Assembly (NCBI GenBank): GCA_001782035.1
Contig: MFNL01000002.1
Location: forward strand, 60,865-124,864
Direction of reading: 5' to 3'
Origin: Candidatus Levybacteria bacterium RIFCSPHIGHO2_01_FULL_37_17
GTDB taxonomy: Bacteria > Patescibacteriota > Microgenomatia > Levybacterales > UBA12049
DNA: 64,000 nucleotides
Shown piece after piece: positions 20,127 to 29,639 of the stretch. A model generated the notes under the pieces. That model searched no databases, had not been told where the DNA came from, and saw nothing but the letters and a program-made list of their open reading frames with translations. The translations under genes were made by a program, and so were the position numbers. Position 1 is the stretch's first letter, and each line of letters starts with the position of its first letter.

Positions 20127-22380
20127 TTCTTAATACCTCTTTCTCAAGCTGTAATATTAACTTTCTTGTGGAATCAATAACATCAGGAGATACAGAAACA
20201 CTTGTAATGCCTAATTTTATTAATCTTTTAACAAGTTCTGAATAAGATGATACCGCTTGCCCGCAAATAGATGATGTAATGCCTCTTTTATGAGCAGTTC
20301 GTACAACGTGTTCAAACGCCCATAAAACTGCCGGGTTCATCTCATTAAATTCATGAGCCAATTCCGAATTGTCTCTATCGGTTCCTAGAATTAACATGGT
20401 CAAGTCGTTTGAGCCAATAGAAACGCCATCTATTCCAACGTCGATAAACCTATCAAGCATTATTACATTCGAAGGAATTTCAACCATCATCCAAAGTTTA
20501 AAGTTGTGAGATCGCTTAAGCCCTGTGTTATCAATTATTTTTTTAACTTTTATCATCTCCTCAACTGTTCTTACAAATGGTAGCATTACCCACAAATTGG
20601 TAAATCCCTTTTCTCTAACTTTCTTTATCGCTTTTAACTCTAGCTCAAACACTTCTTTATCTTGAATATATCTATAAACTCCCCTAAACCCAAGCATTGG
20701 GTTTTCTTCGATTGGCTCATAATCTCTTCCGCCTACAAGATTTCGGTATTCATTTGTTTTAAAATCCGAAGTCCTATAAACAACTGGCCTTGTGTCAAAT
20801 GCTTGACAAAATTTGGTAAGCCCTTCCGATAACTTTTCTACAAATAAATGTGATTTTCCGTCCTTTATCATTTTCTTTGGATGAGTACCAATTTCTGCCA
20901 TCATAAATTCTGCTCGAAGTAAGCCAACGCCATCAACATTTAAATTTGAGATTCTATCAACAGCCTCAGGCTCTGCCAGGTTTACATAAACTTTTGTTGC
21001 AGTTTTAATTTGAGTAAACTCAGTTATGTCTTTGTGTTGTTGAGTAAATCCACCTCTAAATATTTCCCCACTGCCTCCGTTAACTGTGATTATTTTTTCA
21101 TGCCTTAGAAGAGAAGTAGCATTCTCAGCGCCAACGACTGCTGGGATTCCTAGCTCTCTTGATACAATAGCCGCATGCGATGTCCTTCCTCCCGAGTCGG
21201 TTACTATTGCGCTTGCTCGCTTCATTGCCGGAACAAAGTCCGGGTTTGTCTGCGGAGCAACTAATATATCGCCTGATTGAATTTTATCCATTTCAGATGC
21301 AGCATGAATTACTTTTGCAAGACCTGATGATATACCGGGGCTTGCTGGATCTCCAATAAGTATCAATTTTCCTAATTTGTTATTCTGTGAATTTATGTTC
21401 TGAACTTTTACGTTGTTAACTGTTGTTACAGCCCTTGTTTGAACTATATAAGTCTTTCCTTTTTCAATAGCCCATTCAATATCTTGTGGAAAGTAATAAT
21501 GTTTTTCTATCAACTTTCCAACTCTTGCCAACCCAACAATTTCATTTTCGGATAACTTCTGGCTTTGACCTTTTGATTTGCTCACTTTGATTTTCTTATT
21601 CGTACTGCCTTTTCTCTCCAAAAGAAAGTTTTGCAGCGAAACATTTTTGCTTAAGACTTGCAGGGTTTCCTTGTTAACCTCGTATCTATCTGGCTTTTCC
21701 TCGCCTTGAACAATCATTTCACCAAGCCCTAGTATTGCCTCTATAACAATCATTTTCTTGTCATTAGTTAGCGGATCAATAGTAAACATAACACCCGACT
21801 TTTCTGATTCAATCATTTTCTGCACAACTAATGCAATTCCAATTGTTTTATTTTCAAAGCCTTGGCTGTGTCTGTAAAATATTGCTCTTGCCCCGTAAAG
21901 TGACGCCCATGCTTCTTTCACCTTTTCAATTAACACAGCGTCTCCTTGTACATTTAAAAACGTCTCCTGTTGCCCAGCAAAGGACGCGGATTTTAAGTCC
22001 TCTGTTGTGGCTGAAGACCTAACAGCAACTAAAGGTTCATTAATCGAACCGCCGAGCTTTCTATAATTTTTTACTATCTCAGAAGCTAATTCTTGGGGCA
22101 CGGGTGAGTCAGAAATTATTTTTTTAATATTTTTGGATACCTGCTCAAGAGATTTTTGATTATCAAAGTTAACGGTAGAGAGAAGATGTTTAATTTTTGC
22201 TTCTAAATTATTTTCTTTGACTAATTTAAAATAAGCTTTTGAGGTAATTATAAAACCCGGAGGAACATTGAAACCGGCATTTGATATTTCTCCTAAATTC
22301 GCTCCTTTTCCTCCGACAAGCGGGATATCTTCTTTGCCAACTTGCTTAAACCATACTAAAAACTGGGCAGCGTTCGCCAT
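20113..22380 (-). CDS. ppsA: phosphoenolpyruvate synthase
   Basis: GGKGANLGE, SFAGQQET, TSHAAIVSRE, SIGSNDL. Confidence 0.95.
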   Translation of the reverse strand: MANAAQFLVWFKQVGKEDIPLVGGKGANLGEISNAGFNVPPGFIITSKAYFKLVKENNLEAKIKHLLSTVNFDNQKSLEQVSKNIKKIISDSPVPQELASEIVKNYRKLGGSINEPLVAVRSSATTEDLKSASFAGQQETFLNVQGDAVLIEKVKEAWASLYGARAIFYRHSQGFENKTIGIALVVQKMIESEKSGVMFTIDPLTNDKKMIVIEAILGLGEMIVQGEEKPDRYEVNKETLQVLSKNVSLQNFLLERKGSTNKKIKVSKSKGQSQKLSENEIVGLARVGKLIEKHYYFPQDIEWAIEKGKTYIVQTRAVTTVNNVKVQNINSQNNKLGKLILIGDPASPGISSGLAKVIHAASEMDKIQSGDILVAPQTNPDFVPAMKRASAIVTDSGGRTSHAAIVSRELGIPAVVGAENATSLLRHEKIITVNGGSGEIFRGGFTQQHKDITEFTQIKTATKVYVNLAEPEAVDRISNLNVDGVGLLRAEFMMAEIGTHPKKMIKDGKSHLFVEKLSEGLTKFCQAFDTRPVVYRTSDFKTNEYRNLVGGRDYEPIEENPMLGFRGVYRYIQDKEVFELELKAIKKVREKGFTNLWVMLPFVRTVEEMIKVKKIIDNTGLKRSHNFKLWMMVEIPSNVIMLDRFIDVGIDGVSIGSNDLTMLILGTDRDNSELAHEFNEMNPAVLWAFEHVVRTAHKRGITSSICGQAVSSYSELVKRLIKLGITSVSVSPDVIDSTRKLILQLEKEVLRNGQN

Positions 22381-22419
22381 AGCTTAATTATGAGTAGAAT
22401 TGGTTAAATTTTCAAGGAG

Positions 22420-23463
22420 TCAACTTTTGAGCTTTTCCTTAAAATAATCTACCCAAGGGATAGGAGACGGATCGATTCCGTACAATATTGCAAGGTAAAA
22501 CGATAAAAGTCCTCCAAAAGACACGGTTTCCAACGCCTGCGAAATATTGCTTGTTGATCTTGGAGCATAAGAAACATATAAGATTTTGTTTTTATTTACT
22601 ACATCTTTTGTAATGTTCATTCTCTTGGTATTTTTCTCCGAATATAAGTTAGATTCTATAAAAATAAATTTTAATTTTTTATCTTGAGGGTTCTTAAGCC
22701 CTTCCATAAGATGGTGATTTAATTCCGGGATAGGGAAATTAAAAGCAAGAGACTTTGAGCACTCATTTATTTGGTTTCTCATTACATGAGAACAACCATT
22801 TAAAAATTCTGAGGCAACTATTACAGGAACATAGCCAACAATATTTTTTGCAATTTCTATAGCATTGCTTCTTGAGTTGTCAAAATTATTTTTTGCAGCA
22901 TATATGTCTTCTAAAACTTCACTCGGGTCTAATTTTAATAACCCTGAAGCGGAGAGAATAATTAACGTTCCAAGAATAGTGTATCCGGATCCAAGACGCG
23001 GTTGATTGCTTGGATTGTTTCTTGGGTCAAACTGGATAAATGGTTTATTATTTTTGCTCATTACCTCTGCAAGAGCTCCACTTGTTGTTAATGCCGTTAC
23101 TTTGCAACCCCTTTTAAGAGCATCTTGTGCAGATGCCAATATTTCTTCAGTTGTGCCTGAATAGCTAGAAAGAATGACTAAAGTATTTTCGTTAGCAAAA
23201 TTAGGCAGGGTATAGTCGTTGTTGACATAAAAGGGTAAGCTTAGTGTATTCTTATACAAGTGGTATACAATCTGCGCGCCTAAAGCTGATCCTCCCATTC
23301 CTGAGAAGACTATATTTTCAACTTCAGAATATTCGGCAGGCAAGGTAAAGTCTTTGAAGTCTTCTAGTACTTGAATTCCTTGATCCAGGAAAAGCTCTGT
23401 AGACCTCAAAACGTTTTTAGGGTCCAGATGTTTAAATGTAGACGAATCGTTTAAATCAATCAT
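22420..23463 (-). CDS. bifunctional phosphoglucose/phosphomannose isomerase (SIS)
   Basis: GMGGS, SYSG.TEE, NE.K, PELNHH. Confidence 0.85.
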   Translation of the reverse strand: MIDLNDSSTFKHLDPKNVLRSTELFLDQGIQVLEDFKDFTLPAEYSEVENIVFSGMGGSALGAQIVYHLYKNTLSLPFYVNNDYTLPNFANENTLVILSSYSGTTEEILASAQDALKRGCKVTALTTSGALAEVMSKNNKPFIQFDPRNNPSNQPRLGSGYTILGTLIILSASGLLKLDPSEVLEDIYAAKNNFDNSRSNAIEIAKNIVGYVPVIVASEFLNGCSHVMRNQINECSKSLAFNFPIPELNHHLMEGLKNPQDKKLKFIFIESNLYSEKNTKRMNITKDVVNKNKILYVSYAPRSTSNISQALETVSFGGLLSFYLAILYGIDPSPIPWVDYFKEKLKS

Positions 23464-24836
23464 TTTGCAACACTTTCTATAAAAGATTTTAGTTCACTAT
23501 ATTTTTGCAGAACTTCATCCTTATTATACCCTTCAACGTTGAGTCTTAACAAAGGTTCGGTGTTAGATGTGCGAACATTAAATCTCCAACCGTCGTAAGA
23601 AATAGAGACTCCATCAATATCCCAAAATTTTCCATCCTTATATTTTTCTTTTAAAGCTGCAAGGATTTCTTTAGCATTACTTACCTCAAAATTTAATTCA
23701 GGAACTTCGAAACTTCTTCTAACTTCTTCAATTATTTCTGAAAGAGGCTTATTTTCGTCAGATAATACTTTTAAAATGATCAAAATTACTGGTAGGTTCC
23801 ATTCCGCGTTTCCATTAGTCCTAAAGAACATGTGGCCTGATGATTCACCAGCGAAAATGCCCCCTGTTTTATTCATTGCTTCGGTGATATATGCGTGACC
23901 GACTCTTACAATTTCTGATTTCCCTCCATACTCCTCTATAAGCTTTAGTGGACCTAAGATATCCCGAATATCAAAATAAATTAACTCTCCAGGATATTTT
24001 TTAAGAAGTTCTCGTGCAACTATGGCTGTGATGCTTGTTGAGGGAACAATTTCACCTTTTTCGTCTATGAAAAATAATCTGTCCGCATCTCCGTCTGTGG
24101 CAATTCCTAAATCTGCTTTTTCTTCAACAACTTTCTTCTGTAAGTCAACAAGCGTTTCAAATTTTAATGGATTTGGTTCATGAGCTGGGAAGTTTCCATC
24201 CAACTCGAAATTTATTTTAATTAAATATGCAGGTACCTTATTAAACAGAGCCTGGATATATTGAGCTCCCATCGCGTTAGCAGGGTCTGCAACTATTTTT
24301 AATTTTTTAAACAAAGATGAATTAAATGTTTTTTGTGCTTCAATAACTTCCTCCTCAAGTATTCCAGTCTTTTCAGTAGTTGCACCTTTTAAGCCAGTTG
24401 GTTTTAGCTCTTGGGTAGATAGTTTTTGTACCTCCTCCATTCCAGTTGGTTTTCCTATCTTTATAAGTCCGGTTGGGCCATTCATTACAAATTTCATACC
24501 GTTCCATTCTTTTGGGTTATGGGAAGCAGTGACTTGTATTCCAGCGTCATATTTGTAATGAAAAACTGCAAAATAAAATGATGGGGTAGATAGTTGTCCT
24601 GCGTCTACTACGCTTGCGCCCATTTCAACTAAAGCTTCTTTTACTGATTTAAAAAGTGACGGACCTGATAATCGCATATCGTATGCAAGAAGAATTGTAG
24701 GCTGGTCTTTATCTAGCTTATTTTGAAAAAAAACAAAGATTGCTTTAGCTATTTGGGAAATTTTTTCTTCATCTATTTGCGTTGGGTATATTCCTCGTAT
24801 GTCGTAGGATTTAAAGATTGAAGGATCAATCGCCAT
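23460..24836 (-). CDS. phosphomannomutase/phosphoglucomutase
   Basis: YDIRG, TASHNP, DGDADR, GESSGH, RTSNTEP. Confidence 0.93.
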   Translation of the reverse strand: MAIDPSIFKSYDIRGIYPTQIDEEKISQIAKAIFVFFQNKLDKDQPTILLAYDMRLSGPSLFKSVKEALVEMGASVVDAGQLSTPSFYFAVFHYKYDAGIQVTASHNPKEWNGMKFVMNGPTGLIKIGKPTGMEEVQKLSTQELKPTGLKGATTEKTGILEEEVIEAQKTFNSSLFKKLKIVADPANAMGAQYIQALFNKVPAYLIKINFELDGNFPAHEPNPLKFETLVDLQKKVVEEKADLGIATDGDADRLFFIDEKGEIVPSTSITAIVARELLKKYPGELIYFDIRDILGPLKLIEEYGGKSEIVRVGHAYITEAMNKTGGIFAGESSGHMFFRTNGNAEWNLPVILIILKVLSDENKPLSEIIEEVRRSFEVPELNFEVSNAKEILAALKEKYKDGKFWDIDGVSISYDGWRFNVRTSNTEPLLRLNVEGYNKDEVLQKYSELKSFIESVAK

Positions 24837-24845
24837 TAGATTATC

Positions 24846-25526
24846 TTATAAATCCGCAAGGAAAATGTCAATTGAGGCAGACAGTTTAAAAGGAGTTAGG
24901 CCAAACTTTGTTTGATAATCAATCTCATATAATTTCTTGTGTAAATTTTTTAGCTTCTCGCTTCCAAATATATTAGCTTGTCGTTGTAGTTTTAATTTTT
25001 GCCATGCTTGCAACCTTTTTGCCTCATCAATTAAAGAACTTGAATCCTGGGTTGATAAAAGTAATCTAAATTGTCGTACTAACATATAAAAAATTAACTC
25101 TGTCTCCATATTTTTTTCAAGCTGCTTAAATAAATAGAGAGAATTAGAATTCCTAGGCTTTAGTGAATCGAGAAAAGTAAATAGGCTCGCGGGGTAGTTA
25201 AATGTCTTAAGCTGTGCATTCTTGAAAGCGTATTGTTGTGGCTTGGAAAGCTCCTTTTCCTCCCATAGAAAGAAATCGTTTTTATTATTTGAGCTTATAT
25301 ACTCAACAATTTTTTTATATTCATTTGAATTTCCTTTTACATTTGAAAAGAAATTTTCAATAAAAATTATTTCACTTTCATTAAAAAGGGAATCACCTTC
25401 AGCCGACTGAAATATTGTATCGTAGTTTGCGTTTTCAATTAAAACGTACGAGGGAAAGCTTTCTTTCTGTTCTATGTAGTATTTTCTAGACGATGCAGTA
25501 TCGCTACCATGAATTATCGTAATCAT
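24846..25526 (-). CDS. short DNA polymerase III delta (HolA)-like protein
   Basis: IIHG.D start, SLF, FYMLVRQFRLL, LYEIDYQTK.G collar-like C-terminus. Confidence 0.6.
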   Translation of the reverse strand: MITIIHGSDTASSRKYYIEQKESFPSYVLIENANYDTIFQSAEGDSLFNESEIIFIENFFSNVKGNSNEYKKIVEYISSNNKNDFFLWEEKELSKPQQYAFKNAQLKTFNYPASLFTFLDSLKPRNSNSLYLFKQLEKNMETELIFYMLVRQFRLLLSTQDSSSLIDEAKRLQAWQKLKLQRQANIFGSEKLKNLHKKLYEIDYQTKFGLTPFKLSASIDIFLADL

Positions 25527-25915
25527 TTTATTTTAGCCTTAAATTCGTCAAACAATCTGTTAGCAGTTTGTCCCAAGTGTCGCGAGCGATTTCTATGTGG
25601 AACCAAGGCTCCTGAAAAATTTTGAGGGATATGTAAAAGTTCATGTATTAAAACTTTGGATTTTTCATCTTCGTTTAATCTGTCGTAATACTTAGACAAG
25701 ACTTCTATAACATAATTCGGTTCTAGGTTAAGCGCATGCTGAAAAATTTTTGGCATCGACCATATTCTTGCATAGGCTCTTGATTTGGACCCTTGCGTTC
25801 TGTAGCTGTGTATATTAGATAGTTTAATATGGGGCATATCGAGCACAGCAAGAATGTTCTTTATTTTTTTCTTTACGTCGGGGGCGTTCTCCCATTCCAA
25901 CTTCTGACTTTTCAT
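25523..25915 (-). CDS. putative metallopeptidase
   Basis: HELLH zinc motif. Confidence 0.7.
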   Translation of the reverse strand: MKSQKLEWENAPDVKKKIKNILAVLDMPHIKLSNIHSYRTQGSKSRAYARIWSMPKIFQHALNLEPNYVIEVLSKYYDRLNEDEKSKVLIHELLHIPQNFSGALVPHRNRSRHLGQTANRLFDEFKAKIK

Positions 25916-26434
25916 CTAGGTATGTTTATCAGCAACGTATGAAGCAGCGTAGGCATCGGGCTTTGTTTTTGCCACATAGCCATTTCCTGTTACCATACCT
26001 ACTACTTCTTTGATCATTTCTCTTGTATCACCATGTTCACCAACGTCAACATGAATTTCAAGATTGTATTTCGGAGCAGAACCGTTTAGAGTTTTTTTAA
26101 ATAATGGGACAAAAATAGAAGCAAAAGTCAGGGAGGTAAGTGTTTCTCTATAAATCTTATCTCTTAAAGTATGAATATTTTTTTGCTGCTCTTTCCTCCA
26201 GAAATATTTTCCACCAAATCCTTTTCGATGTATTAGAATTGCAGTAACCAAATTAATACTGCTTCCTCCGTTTCCTAGTATTTTCTTTTCATGGGAATCC
26301 GTACCTATAACAAGGCTGTATTCAGCATCTGGATTTTCTTCTAAAAAGGACTTTATTCTGTCGATGATCCCTGATATTGAAAGAAGTCCGTGGGTTTTAC
26401 TTTGGAAAATCTCGTCTGTTAGCTCGCCATTCAT
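25916..26434 (-). CDS. RNase H-like YkuK (DUF458) family protein
   Basis: IGTDS, EIHVDVG, KPDAYAASYVAD. Confidence 0.85.
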   Translation of the reverse strand: MNGELTDEIFQSKTHGLLSISGIIDRIKSFLEENPDAEYSLVIGTDSHEKKILGNGGSSINLVTAILIHRKGFGGKYFWRKEQQKNIHTLRDKIYRETLTSLTFASIFVPLFKKTLNGSAPKYNLEIHVDVGEHGDTREMIKEVVGMVTGNGYVAKTKPDAYAASYVADKHT

Positions 26435-26460
26435 TTATGGTCTAAATTATACCATATGAG

Positions 26461-27600
26461 CTAAAGGTTAAGCAGCCATTTGAAGAAAATTTTTGCATTA
26501 TTATCCAAAATTCTAATTGAGTTTCTAAAACTTTCGGAAAAATCTTTTATTTTGAAAATATCAACACTTGATGTTGAGTAGTGTTTGCTCATTTCTAATT
26601 TGGGCTCTCCTTTTGTTTTGGAAAAGTTTTGGTACGCTTGATACAATTCTGCTTTATTTCCATTTCTAATAAAAGAAAATTGATCAAATGGCACAGAGTT
26701 TGCTCGAAGCAAAAAAGGGGTAACTGCTACAATATTTGGGTCACTCCAAGCATTTTCAAATGCAGTTTTATAATAAAGCGCCTGTGTAGGCTCTAGGGTA
26801 GAATGAATTGTCCATCCTGTTTCGGTAATAAAAATTGGTATTTTCTTACCCGTAATCGCGCTAAATTCTTCTTCCAAGTAATAATGGGAGTAAATGCCGT
26901 TTTGACCCCTGTAGCTTGGCGGAGAAGAAAATGCCGGATTTGGATAAGAATGAGCCGCTAAGCCATCTATCTTTGATAAAACACCGGGAATCGCTTCCTC
27001 TGTTTGTCTTAGATAATTAAGCTGACTAATATATTCACCGGCAACGTTTGGAGCAGCGTTGTCCAAGCCCCCAAATATTATAAAAAACTTATCGCTTCTT
27101 GTTTTAAATATATTCACCGCGTAATTTAATATATCCGCATATGCTACTGGATCAGGTACTCCTCCCCACTCATCTCCTCTGTTTTGTTCGTTAAAAATGA
27201 CAACATATCTATTTTCCGTTGGCCAGATTAAGGAATTAAGAAAATTTGCAAAATCTATAACGTAATATTTATTAGGAATCTCCCACGATCCTTCAACAAA
27301 GTAGTCACCCTCTGTAGCTATGCGTAAAATTGGAATCAGATGAAGTCTTCTACATTCATCCATAAATTTTTGCCACTTTTCCAGATCTTTATCGGACGCT
27401 CTTATTGGAATCGTTACATAACCCCAATCGCCTCCCGATGAGTTAACTAAGGCTGCTGCTTCTGAGACTTCCTCTGGAAATAAAATGTGAATTCCATATT
27501 TATTATTAGGTAAAGAAGTAGGATCATAGGTAGCGTAAGATGCACTAGTCGATGCAATTAATAGCATTAACAGCAAAATTAAAAAGAAAAATTTTTTCAT
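26461..27600 (-). CDS. secreted clan GH-A glycoside hydrolase
   Basis: Signal peptide, FNEQN acid/base, HSYP, ITETGW nucleophile. Confidence 0.7.
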   Translation of the reverse strand: MKKFFFLILLLMLLIASTSASYATYDPTSLPNNKYGIHILFPEEVSEAAALVNSSGGDWGYVTIPIRASDKDLEKWQKFMDECRRLHLIPILRIATEGDYFVEGSWEIPNKYYVIDFANFLNSLIWPTENRYVVIFNEQNRGDEWGGVPDPVAYADILNYAVNIFKTRSDKFFIIFGGLDNAAPNVAGEYISQLNYLRQTEEAIPGVLSKIDGLAAHSYPNPAFSSPPSYRGQNGIYSHYYLEEEFSAITGKKIPIFITETGWTIHSTLEPTQALYYKTAFENAWSDPNIVAVTPFLLRANSVPFDQFSFIRNGNKAELYQAYQNFSKTKGEPKLEMSKHYSTSSVDIFKIKDFSESFRNSIRILDNNAKIFFKWLLNL

Positions 27601-27646
27601 GGGTATTATTTTACATCAAAGACATGCAAAATGGTAAAATTAGACT

Positions 27647-28606
27647 ATGTTAATAGACGAAGTAGTAGTAACAATTAAAGCCGGTAATGGCGGAAACGGC
27701 GCAATTAGTTTTAAACGGAATGCCCAAACTGCAAAAGGAGGTCCAGATGGTGGAAATGGAGGCAAAGGGGGAGATGTTTACATTGTTGGCGCACGTGATA
27801 TAGATACTCTTACTACTTTTAGATATCAAAAAGTAGTAAGGGCAGAAGACGGAATAAATGGAGGGAAATATAACCTGTACGGCAAAAATGCAGAAGACAA
27901 GATTATTAAGGTTCCACTTGGAACGATTACTACTAATCTAGAAAGCGGTAACTCTTTCGAAATCAATAGTGAAGAAGATAAATTCCTTATCGCAAAAGGT
28001 GGTAAGGGTGGAAGGGGTAATAATGAATTTAAATCATCAACTACGCAAGCTCCAAGATATAGAGAGTTAGGGGGGATTGGTGAAGAAAAGAAAATTAAGT
28101 TAGAACTTAAAATAATTGCCGACATAGGATTAATAGGGCTTCCCAATGCCGGAAAAAGCAGCTTGCTCTCAGTTCTTACAAATGCTCACCCTAAAATAGC
28201 AGATTATCCCTTCACGACCCTTGAACCAAATTTAGGAGTTTTTGATTCGAAAATAATCGCCGATATTCCAGGTCTTATAGAAGGAGCCTCTCGCGGTAAG
28301 GGATTGGGAGATAAATTTTTAAAACACATAGAAAGAACAAGACTTTTAGTCCATTGCATAGACTCTAGCTCTCAGACTCCAACAGCCGATTATAAAACAA
28401 TTAGAAAAGAATTGGAGGAGTTTAATTCAGAATTACTAGATAAAAAAGAGATGGTTGTTTTGACAAAGCAAGATTTAATTGATGAAAAAAAACAAAAAGA
28501 ATTGGAAGCTACCTTTAAAAGAATGAAAAAGGAGATTGTTTTTTTATCTTTATATAATGACAATAGTTTAGACGAGCTAAAAAAAGTACTTCATGAAGCA
28601 ATTTAG
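27647..28606 (+). CDS. obgE: GTPase Obg
   Basis: Gly-rich Obg fold, GLPNAGKS, YPFTT, DIPG, TKQD. Confidence 0.95.
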   Translation: MLIDEVVVTIKAGNGGNGAISFKRNAQTAKGGPDGGNGGKGGDVYIVGARDIDTLTTFRYQKVVRAEDGINGGKYNLYGKNAEDKIIKVPLGTITTNLESGNSFEINSEEDKFLIAKGGKGGRGNNEFKSSTTQAPRYRELGGIGEEKKIKLELKIIADIGLIGLPNAGKSSLLSVLTNAHPKIADYPFTTLEPNLGVFDSKIIADIPGLIEGASRGKGLGDKFLKHIERTRLLVHCIDSSSQTPTADYKTIRKELEEFNSELLDKKEMVVLTKQDLIDEKKQKELEATFKRMKKEIVFLSLYNDNSLDELKKVLHEAI

Positions 28607-28610
28607 CCGC

Positions 28611-28635
28611 AAAAAAACCCCTTGCGGGGTCTTTT
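28611..28635. terminator. intrinsic terminator, probably bidirectional
   Basis: A7-CCCC-TTGC-GGGG-TCTTTT just after the obgE stop. Confidence 0.7.
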
Positions 28636-28693
28636 CGGGGCGATTAATATTGCTATTAATCTCCTGCCTTTTTATACTTACGTATTGAAGGTA
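28611..28693 (-). ncRNA. candidate ~83-nt small RNA with three GNRA hairpins
   Basis: Perfect TTGACA-17-TATAAT promoter (28728-28700); hairpins ATAC-GTAA-GTAT, GATTAATA-GCAA-TATTAATC and GACCCC-GCAA-GGGGTT plus T tract; no ATG-initiated ORF. Confidence 0.5.
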
Positions 28694-28759
28694 AAAAACA
28701 TTATATATAGCAATTTATGCATTGTCAATAGGGTAAAAATAGGTCAAACTAGACCAATA

Positions 28760-28981
28760 TTAGAATACATCAACCTTTGGACTCCTTGGATATACTTCTC
28801 TTACTTCTGCAAGTGTCTTTTTGCCAATTCCATGTACCTGTCCGTTTCCCGTTACCCTCCACATCACCTCCGTATCGGATAACTCACTTATCTGCTCGGG
28901 AGTTGTAAGTCGTTCATCTCTAATAGCAAGCCTAATACATCTTCTTGCTCTTGATGATAAATCAGAAAAACGTTCGTACAT
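28760..28981 (-). CDS. small protein resembling the RNA polymerase alpha C-terminal domain
   Basis: DLSSRARRCI...TPEQISELSDTEV...HGIGKKTLAEV HhH pattern; start set after the junction repeat. Confidence 0.5.
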   Translation of the reverse strand: MYERFSDLSSRARRCIRLAIRDERLTTPEQISELSDTEVMWRVTGNGQVHGIGKKTLAEVREVYPRSPKVDVF

Positions 28982-28990
28982 AACCGCATT

Positions 28991-29016
28991 GTACTCCAAA
29001 TGTTTCAGAATTGGGA
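28991..29016 (+). repeat. cassette junction repeat 1
   Basis: GTACTCCAAATGTTTCAGAATTGGGA. Confidence 0.75.
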
Positions 29017-29382
29017 TTATTGAAGATCTCTCGGAAGAAACGAATCGGGCATTGGCTCCGTGTAGGATACGGTTGCTTGAGATAGTATTTTCCACTTCAT
29101 ACAATTGTCTCGTACTACTGACCTTGCTCTATTTTTTGCCATCTCTATAGCATCGTCAGACGTTTCTCCTCTGCCCGACAAATGTTCCCTTAGTGGACAT
29201 GAATCGCAATTTAATAGCCCGACAGCATTATAAAGATATAAGAGATTATTTGTTGTTGGCTTGCTGGCGACTGTTACTTCTGCCTCACAAATAACATCTG
29301 GCTGTAATTCGGGCTTGTGCGGCTCCCTTTCTGGACTATGTCTACTTTCAAATGATTCAAAACTTGGTCCTCTTTCTCCCAT
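29017..29382 (-). CDS. hypothetical protein (cassette 1 cargo)
   Basis: Own TTGACA-17-TATTAT promoter (29421-29393); stop abuts repeat 1. Confidence 0.5.
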   Translation of the reverse strand: MGERGPSFESFESRHSPEREPHKPELQPDVICEAEVTVASKPTTNNLLYLYNAVGLLNCDSCPLREHLSGRGETSDDAIEMAKNRARSVVRDNCMKWKILSQATVSYTEPMPDSFLPRDLQ

Positions 29383-29436
29383 AATGTAGGGGATAATACC
29401 AAATACAAGATAGAATGTCAAACTATGGGATTACGA

Positions 29437-29570
29437 GTACCCCAAGTGTTTAAGAATTGTCATGATCCTGAGTTTTTTCGGAGGAGAACCAGATTCGTGG
29501 CTCTTTAGAGAAGTGGAAAAACATACTTCAACCTGAGGCTAATCCTGCTCTGTTTATTAACCGTCATTAG
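29437..29570 (+). repeat. cassette junction repeat 2 with coding tail, interrupted by a 26-bp insertion
   Basis: GTACCCCAAGTGTTTAAGAATTG[29460-29485]GAACCAGATTCG...TAG. Confidence 0.75.
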
Positions 29571-29639
29571 AGAGTGGAATTAATAAGCAACTCAACCTAT
29601 AGTTGATATATTTATTTTCATTTGCTATACTCCACCATT

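Noticed and set aside
28982-29104. N-terminal extension of the 28760-29104 ORF
   Set aside because: It crosses junction repeat 1 and overlaps the cassette 1 gene, so it is probably a chance read-through.
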